A stretch of DNA of 64,000 nt from Isurus oxyrinchus (lineage: Eukaryota), in NCBI GenBank assembly GCA_026770705.1, contig JANJGN010000242.1:558001-622000 (forward strand). Reading direction: 5' to 3'. A program made the translations under genes and the position numbers. The stretch's first letter is position 1; each line of letters begins with the position of its first letter. The notes under the pieces are model-generated. The model made no database searches and was not told the DNA's origin. It worked only from the letters and a program-made list of their open reading frames with translations. Below, in pieces: positions 1 to 10,509 of this stretch.

Positions 1-381
1 CAGTAAATTCGCCTCTCATTCTTCTAATCTCCAATGAGTACCGTCCCAACCTACTTAACCTCTCCTCATAAGAAAATCCCTCCGTCCCCAGAGTCAACCA
101 AGTGAAGCTTCGCTGGATTGTCTCCAGCACCAATGCATCTGCACTTTGATAAGGGGACAAAAACTGTTCCCGGTGTTCCAGGTGTAGTCTAACTAGTGCC
201 TTGCACAGTTTTAGCAACACTTCCTTATTTTAGTACTCTACTGGCAGGAGTGGGACAGACTATCCCAGTGTGACTGGGAGCACCAGTTAGTGTATAATCC
301 CACTGAGTTTAGATGATTAAATATTGGAAATCTCTTCTGCCCTTCCACTTCTCACACCATTTGTCCTGATTGGTCACCCAG

Positions 382-685
382 GTGCAGGTTGCGCCCAATC
401 CCAACTCCAACTGGAGCAGACGCCAGCCAGTGAGCTTCTGAGGGAAGGCGGAAGAGCTGTCCTGCTCTGCAGGCTGCTCGGCAACAGGAGGGCGCATACG
501 TTTCGCTGGCACCGGCGGAGACAGGCGCAGGCGCCTGAATGGGTTTACAGCTCCGGAGTTCATTACGGGAAAGGCTTCGAAGACAGGTTCAGAGCCTGGC
601 TGTACCGGGAACAGAACCTGCTGGCATTGCAGCTTCTCGGCGCTGAGTTTCAGGAGGGGGCCATCTACTACTGCGCCTCGTCTGA
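382..685 (+). CDS. TRDV: TCR delta V exon, family 'VA' copy 1 (open frame; leader exon lies upstream of the window)
   Basis: Acceptor cacccAG at 380-381. Translates ...QSQLQLEQTPASELLREGGRAVLLC-RLLGNRRAHTFRW-HRR...PEWVYSSGVHYGKGFEDRF...EGAIYYCASS. 23-RSS follows: cacagtg 686-692, 23 nt, gcaagaaaa 716-724. Confidence 0.85.
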
Positions 686-1449
686 CACAGTGCTCCACGC
701 ACAATGCCTCCTGCAGCAAGAAAACAGCTGGCAGGACAGAGAATGCTTCGACTCAACAGGAATGAAGTCGGAGACAGAGAGGTAGAGAGATAGAAAGTCA
801 TAGGGACAGGCATCGTGAGGTAAGAGAGGATGAGACAAAGGCAAGCATGGAACTGAGAAAGAGAGAGAGCGAGAGAGAGAGAAAGCAGAATGTGAAAGAT
901 ATAGGGCCAGAGAGGAAGAGAGACAGAGACAAACTTGAGAGAGAGAACGAGATAAAAAGAGGGAGAGAGAGAAAGAGAGAGGGAAAGAAAGTGAAAGGTT
1001 TAGGGACAGAGAGGAAGGGAGACACAGACAAACAGGAGGCAGAGAGAGTGAAAGGAAGTGAAAGATATAGGAAGATACATCTTTAGTAAGGGAGGAAGAG
1101 AGACAGAGACAAGAATGAGAGAGAGAGAGAAATTGAAAGATATGATCACTGGTGGAACTTGCAGGAGTCTCTGAGCTGCCCAGTTCCGAAGTCTCGCCAC
1201 AACCTGAATGAAGAAATATCTTCTCAGCAGATCCAAAACGACCCAGATTTATCCTGGAGAATTAACCCTGCATTCTAGAAAATCTAGCCAAGGGTGGAGG
1301 GCAGGGGGTGGGGGGGGGAGGAGGGTGTGTAATAATAATAATAAATAAAACCTTTCAGTGTCTACCTTCTCGAGCCTGTCCAGGAGTGGGCGCTACAAGG
1401 TAGACACTGCGTGGTTTTATTTGTGATCATTATTAGTTGGGCTGGAAGT

Positions 1450-1494
1450 CCAATCATTGTGCTTCCGGGTTCTGCTCTGCTCCTCAGTATAAAG
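1450..1494 (+). promoter_or_regulatory. VB promoter (CCAAT box, ETS-like cttccgg, TATA box)
   Basis: ccaat 1450-1454, cttccggg ~1462, tataaag 1488-1494, about 60 nt upstream of the leader. The same elements recur near 10410-10454 and 17662-17707; the copy near 7870-7918 keeps only the TATA box. Confidence 0.55.
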
Positions 1495-1549
1495 AGGGGC
1501 GCCCTTGTTTATGTCACTATTGTACCTTTTGCACATAGAGAAGGTGCAG

Positions 1550-1601
1550 AAGGATGTCCGAATAGGATTCGTCATCTTCAGTCTAACTGAGATCTTCTCA
1601 G
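1550..1601 (+). pseudogene. Leader exon of VB copy 1; ATG mutated to AAG
   Basis: Reads (K)DVRIGFVIFSLTEIFS G|gtgagt. Paralogues at 10510 and 17762 start with ATG GAT GTC. Confidence 0.75.
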
Positions 1602-3019
1602 GTGAGTTACACTTCAGATTCTCACCAATAAACTTCCAAGGAATCCGTCTACACTTCCGGATGGATTATTGGATTGACTGGAAGCAGAAACATTATATTA
1701 CAGAGAGATGGAGTTGATTTAATTATTCGATTTGTAAAATATCCCGAAACGTGAAATCTCCCTCTCCCTCTCTCTCTCTCTCTCTCCACAGATGCTTCCA
1801 GACCCGCCCAGTCTGTCCAGCATTTTCTTTTCTGTTTACTTCAGATTTCCAGCATCTGCAGTATTTTGATTTGTTCTGGGTGAATCTTCAGAGTCCTCTA
1901 CACCCGAAAGCTGTGCTGGTAGAGCCATTGAATATATCCAAGGGGGAATTAGACTGATTGGTGACTGTTATGGAAATTGGGAGTCCTGGGAGTAGGGAGC
2001 AAAGTGGCGATGGGGCTCAATCAGATTAGCCCCTGCCCTGGGTCAATGACAAAGGAGGATCTAGTGGACCCTATGGTCAACTCCCACCCTGCCTATTTCA
2101 GGCTCGGTTCACATGTTGAACATCAGGTGAACTCACCGCAGGTGCACCGAGGCTGCATTGTTTTCTGCGCCCACCATAAACTCTGACAATCCGTCAAGAC
2201 TCCTTCGATAGCACCCTCCAATCCTTCCCTCCCCCACCTGGGAGGATAAGGCAGAAGGTGAATGGGAGCGCCATCTCCAATGCCCCCTCCTCCCCACCCC
2301 CACCCCAGAGACAAGCACTATCCAGATTGGGGCATGTTGTCTCCGGATCTGATTCCTGGAAATCCCACCGTACCTGCACTGTGGGGGGTGGGGGGGGGGG
2401 GGGGTGCGGGGCGGGGGAAGCATAGGCCCCACGGGGCTGCAGCGGCTGAAGGGCAAGTTTCGAAGGAGGAACAGGGGACCAGCAGTAGGTGCCAGCCTTA
2501 CCCGCCCGCCAATAAACAAGGAAAAACAAATGCCAACGCCCCTTGGCTGAGCGGCCGATTGTCTGTTGACATTTACCATCGATCCTTTCCTGCAGTGTGA
2601 GTGTGAGTGTGAAGGGCAGCATTTGTTGCCCATCTCTAATTGCCCCTTTTGTCCTGACTCGCTTGCTAGACCATTTTGAAAAGACCACTAAGAGTCAATC
2701 ACATTGCAGTGAGCCGGGAGACACATGTTAGGCCAGACTGGGTGAAGATGGCAGATTTCCTTCACTCCGTCAAAGGACCTGAGTGAACCAGATAGGGTTT
2801 TTTTTTTATTTCAGTTGGTGATAATTGTCATGGGTCACCCTCAGCTTTATATTCAAGGTTGATGAAGTGAATTTAATTTGCAACAAAGTGCCTTTTGGAC
2901 CCACTTCGCCGCAGATGGTGTTATTCATTTTCTGACATGACCAGTGCCCAATTGCTACCCCTATTTTACCGTTCACAGTGCCTGAGCCTCCATTAGATGC
3001 TTTCATTCCCGTCCGTCAG

Positions 3020-3337
3020 GCAGTGTCCTTGAATCCTCGTTCCTTGAAAAGCCGGAGGCAGAGATGACCGTTCAGCAGGGAGGTACGGTGACCATGAGCT
3101 GCTCCTACACAGAGGTGGAGAGGGCCTGCCCGTTCTGGTACCGGGAAGCGCTGCCCTGGGACCCCCAGTACATCCTGATTCGCTGCATCGACGGCTTCAG
3201 CGACAGCGCCGTGTTCGTCAGGCGCCGCTTCGCCTCGTCTCTGAGCAGAACCTATAGAGTTTTCAGGTTAACGGTTTCGCAGGTGACAGCTGAGGATCGC
3301 AGAGAATACTTCTGCGTCTTAGCCCCGCGGACACGCA
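3020..3337 (+). CDS. TRDV: TCR alpha/delta-type V exon, family 'VB' copy 1 (open frame, but leader ATG lost)
   Basis: Acceptor gtcAG 3018-3019. SVLESSFLEKPEAEMTVQQGGTVTMSC-SYTEVERACPFWYRE...QYILIRCIDGFSDSA...RFASSL...LTVSQVTAEDRREYFC. RSS: cacactg 3338-3344, 23 nt, acataaact 3368-3376. Confidence 0.85.
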
Positions 3338-3479
3338 CACACTGGGGTCTTGAGGGCAGCCACCCGTACATAAACTGGTTTGCTTCCAGGCTGTGAGAGA
3401 CTGGGGCTGCCAGCATTGCGGGGTCCAATGTCCCTCTGTGAGAGTGCGGGCTGTAGGAGAAGCGTGGCATCGAGACGTG

Positions 3480-3823
3480 GAGAGACAGGCAGACAGATAG
3501 GCAGTTAGGGAGCTAGATTGAGAGATTGATAGATAAATACATACATAGATTCATAGATAGAATCATAAGGAGGTCGACAGACATAGACACAGACAGATAA
3601 ATAGGCAGACAGGCAGACGCACACAGTTAGTTAGTTAGGAAGACAGGCAGCCATATAGATCGGTAGACAGACAAACAGATAGATACGATTATAGATAGAG
3701 AGACAGGCATGAAATTGATAGACACTTAGATACATAGAGCGATAGATAAATAGAGAGATAGATAGCTAGATAGAAAGATAGATAGCTAGATCGGCAGATA
3801 GGTAGATAGGTATCTAGATAAAT
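3480..3823. repeat. (TAGA/CAGA)n microsatellite running into an assembly gap; repeated in each V cassette
   Basis: gatagatagacag tracts at 3480-3823, 8210-8530, 12390-12757 and 19811-20010, each adjacent to N runs. Confidence 0.85.
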
Positions 3824-4989
3824 NNNNNNNNNNNNNNNNNNNNNNNNNNNNNNNNNNNNNNNNNNNNNNNNNNNNNNNNNNNNNNNNNNNNNNNNNNNNN
3901 NNNNNNNNNNNNNNNNNNNNNNNNNNNNNNNNNNNNNNNNNNNNNNNNNNNNNNNNNNNNNNNNNNNNNNNNNNNNNNNNNNNNNNNNNNNNNNNNNNNN
4001 NNCTGGTACATTAAAAGACGAATCAGAGATGTGTTGGCTGGACAGAGACGGGCACACAGGTGATAGACAGAGAAATAGGCAGGAGGATACATCACCTGAT
4101 GAACAGACGGAGAGATATATCCATAAGCGCGGTGATCGCTAATGTCGCCACTGGACTTTCACCGCTGCTTCCTCTGCACCAAGCAGTTCCTGCAGACACA
4201 ACGTACCGTGCATTTCTGATGTTTTTGGGATTATTCCAGCCTCACTCGCTGGTCACATTCCCACCGAACAATGCCAATTCTTTCCGTCCTTACTCGAAAA
4301 GGGCAGGGCTGGTGTGGGGCGGTGGTGGGGGTGGTGCTGGAGGTGGGGGGAGGGAGAAGGGAGATTCAGGACAGAATGGACAGCTCATAGCGCCGAGTGT
4401 CCAGAATGTCTCCCATTGGCTCACAACAACAGAGGCAGGATTGAACATTTGGCGCTCAGTGTTCTCCCAAGCGCAATCCAAGTGTAGTCCCCCCTAGCTG
4501 ACCCCGTCCAACGCCGTTGGGGCGGTCATAATGTGCGCGAATGGAGGAGAGTCCGGCGCAACTTTTGGCACAATCCTCTGCGCCGCCGCACCAACCCCCC
4601 CCCCCCCCCCCCCACCCACGCGCACATCACAGCCCGGCGCGGGCTTCCTGCAGGACCGAAATGTCCTTGCAGTACCCATTTCAGAGCGGTAGGTGGAGAT
4701 ACTGTCCACGGATTTAACTCTCCTCGAGTCAGAGCAAATAAATTCAATGTGCAAAGTTCAGGGGCAAAATTGAAAAGCCCCCACTTAAGGGGAAACTGCA
4801 GAAACAAAAGTCAAAACCTAAAGGTAGCTTATGACGGTCAAACCCACTGTGATTCAAAGGATCAGTAAAACACTCCGGTAACATTTTACACGTTCATAGC
4901 CCTTCATGACAGTTCGTAAGTGAATGCTCCTTGTCACGCGTTTAACAAGTAAATACCTCGCATCTTATAAGAAAATATAAATCATGATC

Positions 4990-5168
4990 TTGCAAAGACT
5001 GGATCCTCTTTTCCAAAACCTCGATCCGGTATTGCAAAAGACTGGATCCGCGCTTGCTAAAGGCTGGATCCGATATAGCAAAAGACTGGATCCGCTATTG
5101 CAAAAGACTGGATCCGCTCTTGCAAAAGATTGGATCCGCTCTTGCAAAGACAGGGACCGCTCTTGCAG
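4990..5168. repeat. 21-22 bp minisatellite (TTGCAAAAGACTGGATCCGCTC)n
   Basis: About 8 degenerate head-to-tail units. Confidence 0.85.
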
Positions 5169-5591
5169 AGCCTGCGGGTGAGTTGCAAATTTTGGCCATT
5201 CATTGCTAAGGCCGGCTCCGCTCTTGTGGACACTCGATATCTCACTGTGGCGCAAGGGGGTCTGAAAGCAAAGGATAGATTTCCGGATTGCAAACTCTTG
5301 GTGCAGTCTCGCAATTTCCCGAATCGTCAGAATATGTGGGTTTGTGTGTTTGTGTGTGTGTGTGTGTGTGTGTTTATTTGTTTTCACTTTGTGCAATTGC
5401 CAAGTGTTCTTGCTGCAATCTCTTGGTTTAAAGTCCCGGGAGCTGGAGCGTAGCAGCAAATCATTTCCATGTGCTCAGCCACAGAGCGGCTGGATGGTGG
5501 TGAGTCGGGCCGGGGCAGTACGTTCTCAGACGACGTCTTTCTTGTATTGTCTCCCGCAGGACCCACACCAGCAGCTTGAGATCGCTCTGAG

Positions 5592-5637
5592 GTGTCCTTC
5601 AAACTGATAGGGGCATTAATTTTCTCCTCATTTCCAC
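5592..5637 (+). pseudogene. Leader exon of VA copy 2 (start is GTG after loss of the A)
   Basis: GTG TCC TTC AAA CTG ATA GGG GCA TTA ATT TTC TCC TCA TTT CCA C|gtgagt. Paralogues at 15328 and 21729 start with ATG. Confidence 0.65.
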
Positions 5638-6109
5638 GTGAGTCACTTTATTTGTGTAGAAGCCTCTCCTGCTTCGACGCTGCCGTCGCTTTTCATTGTT
5701 TTGCTGGGTTGCTTTTGGGGGGGCTGGGTTGGTAGCACAGTTCGCAGTCTCAGTCGGGCCTGTTGTCCGGAGGCGCGGGTGAATGATCTGAGGACATGGG
5801 TTCATCTCCCACCCCGCTGCCTTGTAGAATTTCAATTCAATTGGAATTTAACTGGAATTGAAGTGACCATGAAACTACTACCATTACCACCGATTGTGTC
5901 AAAAGCCCCTCTGCTTCCATAATGCCTCCTTTAGGGAAGTAAATCTGCCGCCCTGACCCGGCCCGGCCTACATATAACTCCAGATCTCCCACAGTCGATG
6001 CGGTTGTCTCTTAACTGCACCCCCCACCCCCCTGCGAAGTAGCCAAGCGCAGCCGTTCAGTTCATGGGCAATTAGGGACGGGTAGCAAATACTGACCTCG
6101 TCAGCGATA

Positions 6110-6725
6110 AGACCATAAGAGACGTGGACGCAGACGTAGATCATTCGGCCCATCGAGTCTGCACCACCATTCAATGAGATCGTGGCTGAGCTGATAATCC
6201 TCAACTCCACTTTCCTGCCTATTCACCATGACCCTTGATTCCCTTACTGATTAAAAATCGGTCTATCACAGCCGTGAATATACTTAACCACCTCTATAGG
6301 CCTCTGCTTTAAAGAATTCCTCAGGTTCACTAACCTCTGAGAGAAGAAGTTCCTCCTCATCTCTGTTTTCAGTGAACGACTCCTTAGTCTGAGATGATGC
6401 CCTCTGGTCCTTGACTCTCCCACAAGGAGAAACAGCCTCTCAGCATGTACCCTGTCAAGCCCCCTAAGAACTTTATATGTTTCAGAAAGTTCGCCTCTCA
6501 TTCTTCTAAACTCCAATGAGTACAGGCCCAACCCACTTCACCTCTCCTCATAAGAAAACCCCTCCGTCCCCAGAGTCAACCAAATAAATTTTCGCTGGAA
6601 TGTCTCCAGTACCAATGCTTCCTTACTTTGATAAGGGGACAAAAACTGTTCCCGGTGTTCCAGCTGTGGTCTAATTAGTGCCTTGTACAGTTTTAGCAAG
6701 ACGTCCCTATTTTTGCGCTCTACTG
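6110..6725 (-). mobile_element. CR1-type LINE 3' fragment inside the VA leader intron (duplicated with the cassette)
   Basis: Minus-strand ORF GLYSLEFRRMRGELSETYKVLRGLDRV...KTEMRRNFFSQRLVNL, typical of the CR1 ORF2 C-terminus. Copies at 1-245, 8873-9030, 15865-16470 and 22305-22915. Confidence 0.85.
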
Positions 6726-6863
6726 GCAGGAGTGGAACAGCCTATCCCTGTGTAACTGGAAACCCCAGTTAGTGAATATACCCACTGAGTTTATATGATA
6801 AACTATTGGAAAGCTCTTCTGCCCTTCCAATTCTCACACCCTTTCTCCTGATTGGTCACCCAG

Positions 6864-7167
6864 GTGCAGATTGCACCCAATCCCAAATCCGGCTGGAGCA
6901 GACGCCAGCCAGTGAGTAGCTGGTGGAAGGCGGAGGAGCTGTCCTGCTCTGCAGGCTGCTTGGCAACAGGAGGCCGCACAAATTTCACTGGTACCGGTGG
7001 AGAGAGTCGCAGGCGCCCGAAAGGCTTTACAGCTCCGGAGATCATTACGGGGATGGCTTTGAAGAGAGGTTCAGAGGGTGGCTGTATCGGGATCAGAACC
7101 TGTTGGCCTTGCAGCTTCTCGGCGCTGAGTTTCAGGACGGGGCCATCTACTACTGCGCCTCGTCTGA
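6864..7167 (+). pseudogene. TRDV: VA copy 2, pseudogene
   Basis: In-frame TAG at 6917-6919; otherwise ...LLC...FHWYRWR...YGDGFEERF...DGAIYYCASS. Heptamer cacagtg at 7168-7174 with a 23-nt spacer. Confidence 0.9.
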
Positions 7168-7950
7168 CACAGTGCTCCACGCACAATGACTCCTGCAATA
7201 AGAAAACAGCTGGCAGGACAGAGAATGCTCCGACTCAACAGGAGTGAAGCCGGAGATAGAGCGAGATAGAGAGAGAGAAATTTATAGGGACAGGCATCGT
7301 GCGGTAAGGGAGGAAGGGACAAAAGCAAGCATGAAACCGAGAGAGAGAGAGAAAGTGAAAGATATAGGGCCAGAGAGGAAGGGAGACCGAGACAAACTTG
7401 AGAGAGAGAGAGGTAAAGATAGAGAGAGAGAGAAAGAGACAGGAAGAGAAAGTGAAAGGTTTAGGGGCAGAGAGGAGGGGAGACAGAGACAAACAGGAGA
7501 TAGAGAGAGTGAAAGAAAGTGAAAGATATCAGAAGATACATCATGAGTAAGAGAGACAGTGACAAGAGTGGGAGAGAGAGAAAATGAAAGATATGATCAG
7601 CAGTGGAACTTGCAGGAGTCTCTGAGCTGCTCAGTTCGAAATTCTCACCACAACCTGAATCATGAAATATCTTCTCAGCTGATCCAAAATGACCCAGCTT
7701 TGTCCTGGGGCATTAAACCTGCATTGTAATACCCTAGCCAAGGGTAGGGGAGGGAATAATAATAATAAATAAAACCTCTCAATGTCAACATTGTTCATCC
7801 CGTCCAGGAGTCGGCTCGACAAGTTTGACACTGAGTGGTTTTATTTATTATTATTATTAGTTGGACTGGAAGTCCTATTATTGGGCTTTCGTGTTCTGCC
7901 CTGATCCTCAGTATAAAGAGGGGCACCCTTGTTTAAGTCGCTATTGTACA

Positions 7951-8059
7951 TTCGCCTCGTATCTGAGCAGAACCTACAGAGCTTTCAGGTTAACGGTTTC
8001 ACAGGTGACAGCTGAGGATCGCAGAGAATATTTCTGCGTCTTAACCCCGCGCACACACA
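7951..8059 (+). pseudogene. TRDV: VB copy 2, 3' fragment only (FR3), fused directly to its promoter
   Basis: FASYLSRTYRAFRLTVSQVTAEDRREYFC follows the TATA/5'UTR at ~7950. Heptamer mutated to gacactg (8060-8066); nonamer acataaact 8090-8098. Confidence 0.85.
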
Positions 8060-9171
8060 GACACTGGGACCTTGAGGGCAGCCACCCGTACATAAACTGC
8101 GGCTGCTCCCAGGCCATGAGATACTGGGGCTGCCGGCATTGCGAGGTCCAATGCCCTCTGTCAGAGTGCGGGCCGCCGGAGAAGCGTGGCATCGAGACGT
8201 GGAGGGGCAGGCAGACAAATAGACAGATAGGCAGATAGATGGGTGTAGAGATCAAGAGATCGATAGATAGATAGTTACATAGATAGAATCATAAAGACGC
8301 AGACAGACATATAGATAGACAGATAAATAGACAGACAGGCAGACAGAAACAGTTGTTTAGTTAGGTAGACAGGCAGACATATAGATCGGTAGACAGACAA
8401 ACAGATAGATACGTTTATAGATAGACAGACAGGAATGAAATTGATAGACAGGTAGATAGAGTGATAGATAAATCGAGAGATAGATAGCTAGATAGAAAGA
8501 TAGATAGCTAGATCGGCAGATAGGTAGATNNNNNNNNNNNNNNNNNNNNNNNNNNNNNNNNNNNNNNNNNNNNNNNNNNNNNNNNNNNNNNNNNNNNNNN
8601 NNNNNNNNNNNNNNNNNNNNNNNNNNNNNNNNNNNNNNNNNNNNNNNNNNNNNNNNNNNNNNNNNNNNNNNNNNNNNNNNNNNNNNNNNNNNNNNNNNNN
8701 NNNNNNNNNNNNNNNNNNNNNNNNNNNNNNNNNNNNNNNNNNNNNNNNNNNNNNNNNNNNNNNNNNNNNNNNNNNNNNNNGGTACATTAAAAGACGAAAC
8801 AGAGATGTGTTGGCTGGACAGAGACGGGCACACAGGTGATGAACAGAGAAGCACGCAGGAGGATACATCACCTCATAAGAAAATCCCTCCGTCTCCAGGG
8901 TCAACCTACTGAATCTTCTCTGAAATGTCTCCAGTTTACTTTGATAAGGGGACAAACACTGCTCCCGGTGTTCTAGGCGTGGTCTAACTAGTGCCTTGTA
9001 CAGTTTTAAAAAGACATCCATATTTTTGTATTCTAATGGCAGGCAAGCCTATCCCAGTGTGACTGGGAGCAGCAGTTAGTGTATATTCCCACTCCGTTTA
9101 AATGATTAACTATTGGAAAATCTCTGCTGCCCTTCCATTTTTCACACTCTTTGTCCTGATTGGTCACCCTG

Positions 9172-9421
9172 GTGCAGATTGCTCCCAACCCCAACGCCGG
9201 CTCTGCAGGCTGCTCGGCAACAGGAGGCCACTCACGTTTCACTGGTACCGGTGGAGAGAGCCGCAGATGCCCGAATGGGTTTACAGCGCCGGAGATCATT
9301 ATGGGGACGTCTTCGAAGAGAGGTTCAGAGGGTTTCTGTACCGTGATCAGAACCTGTTGGCCTTGCAGCTTCTCAGCGCTGAGATTCAGGACAGGTCCTT
9401 CTACTACTGCGCCTCGTCTGA
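9172..9421 (+). pseudogene. TRDV: VA copy 3, leaderless, with an in-frame 54-nt FR1 deletion
   Basis: Canonical acceptor mutated (ccctg). QPQRR-LC lacks 18 FR1 codons. Promoter and leader removed by a deletion at ~8872. RSS cacagtg 9422-9428/23/gcaagaaaa intact. Confidence 0.85.
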
Positions 9422-10509
9422 CACAGTGCTCCACACATAATGCCTCCTGCAGCAAGAAAACAGCTGGCAGGACAGAGAATGATCCAACTCAACAGGAGTC
9501 AAGGCGGAGACAGAGAGAGTTAGAGAGAGAGAAAGTCATAGGGACAGACATTATGAGGTAAGAGAGGAAGAGACAAAGGCAAGCATGAAACAGAGAGAGA
9601 GAGCGAGAGAGTGAGAGAGAGAAAGAGAGAGAAAGTGACAGATATAGGGCCAGGGAGGAAAGGAGACAGAGCCAAACATGAGCGGGAGTGAGAAAAAGAG
9701 ATGAGAAGGAGAGAGGCAGAGAAAGTGAAAGGTTTATGGACAGAGAGGAAGGGGACAGAGACAAACAGGAGGTAGAGAGAGAGAAAGTGAAAGATATAGG
9801 AAGATATATCATGAGTAAGGGAGGAGGAGAGACAGAGACAAGAATGAGAAAGGGAGAGCACGAGACAAAGTGAAGGATAAAGCGCCAGAGAGGAAGGGAG
9901 ACAGTGACAAACTTGAGAGATAGAGGGAGAGATAAAGAGAGAAAGAAAGAGAGAAGGAGAGAAAGTGAAAGGTTTAGGGACAGAGAGGAAGAGAGACAGA
10001 GACAAACAGGAGGTAGAGAGAGTGAAAGAAAGTGAAAGATATAGGAAGATACATCATGAGTAAGGGAGGAAGAGAGACAGAGACACGAATGAGAGAGAGA
10101 GAGAGAAAGTGAAAGATACGATCAGCAGTGGAACTTGCAGGAGTCTCTGAGCTGGCCAGTTACAAAGTTTTAGCACAACCTGAAAGAAGAAATGTCTACT
10201 CAGCAGATCCAGAATGACCCATCTTTGTCCCGGGGTATTAACACTGCAATCTAGATACCCCAGCCAAGGGTTGGGGGGGTTGGCAGGGTGGATAATAATA
10301 ATAAATAAAACCTCTCAGTGTCAACCTTGTGGAGCCCGTCCAGGAGTTGGCACGATAAGGTTGACACTGAGCAGTTTTATTTATTATTATTGTTAGTTGG
10401 GCTGGAAATCCAATCAGTCCACTTCCGGGTTCAGCCTTGGTCCTCAGTATAAAGAGGGTCGCCCTTGTTTAATTCGTTATTGTACCTTTTTCAGACAGAG
10501 AATGTGCAG

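Noticed and set aside
324-381. ORF-track N-terminus MEISSALPLLTPFVLIGHP as a single-exon leader for VA
   Set aside because: Starts at TTG, corresponds to the polypyrimidine tract/acceptor, and a separate phase-compatible leader exon exists upstream in complete cassettes.
780-1140. ORFs in AG-rich, CA-rich and N-containing tracts
   Set aside because: Low-complexity or gap artefacts, not genes.
3377-6863. NARTCR-like doubly rearranging cassette (VB-D-J spliced to VA)
   Set aside because: No D or J with a proper 12-RSS and GxG motif found between VB and VA. The cactgtg at ~5243 has no correctly spaced nonamer or J coding sequence. VA has its own leader exon and VB is not NAR-like.
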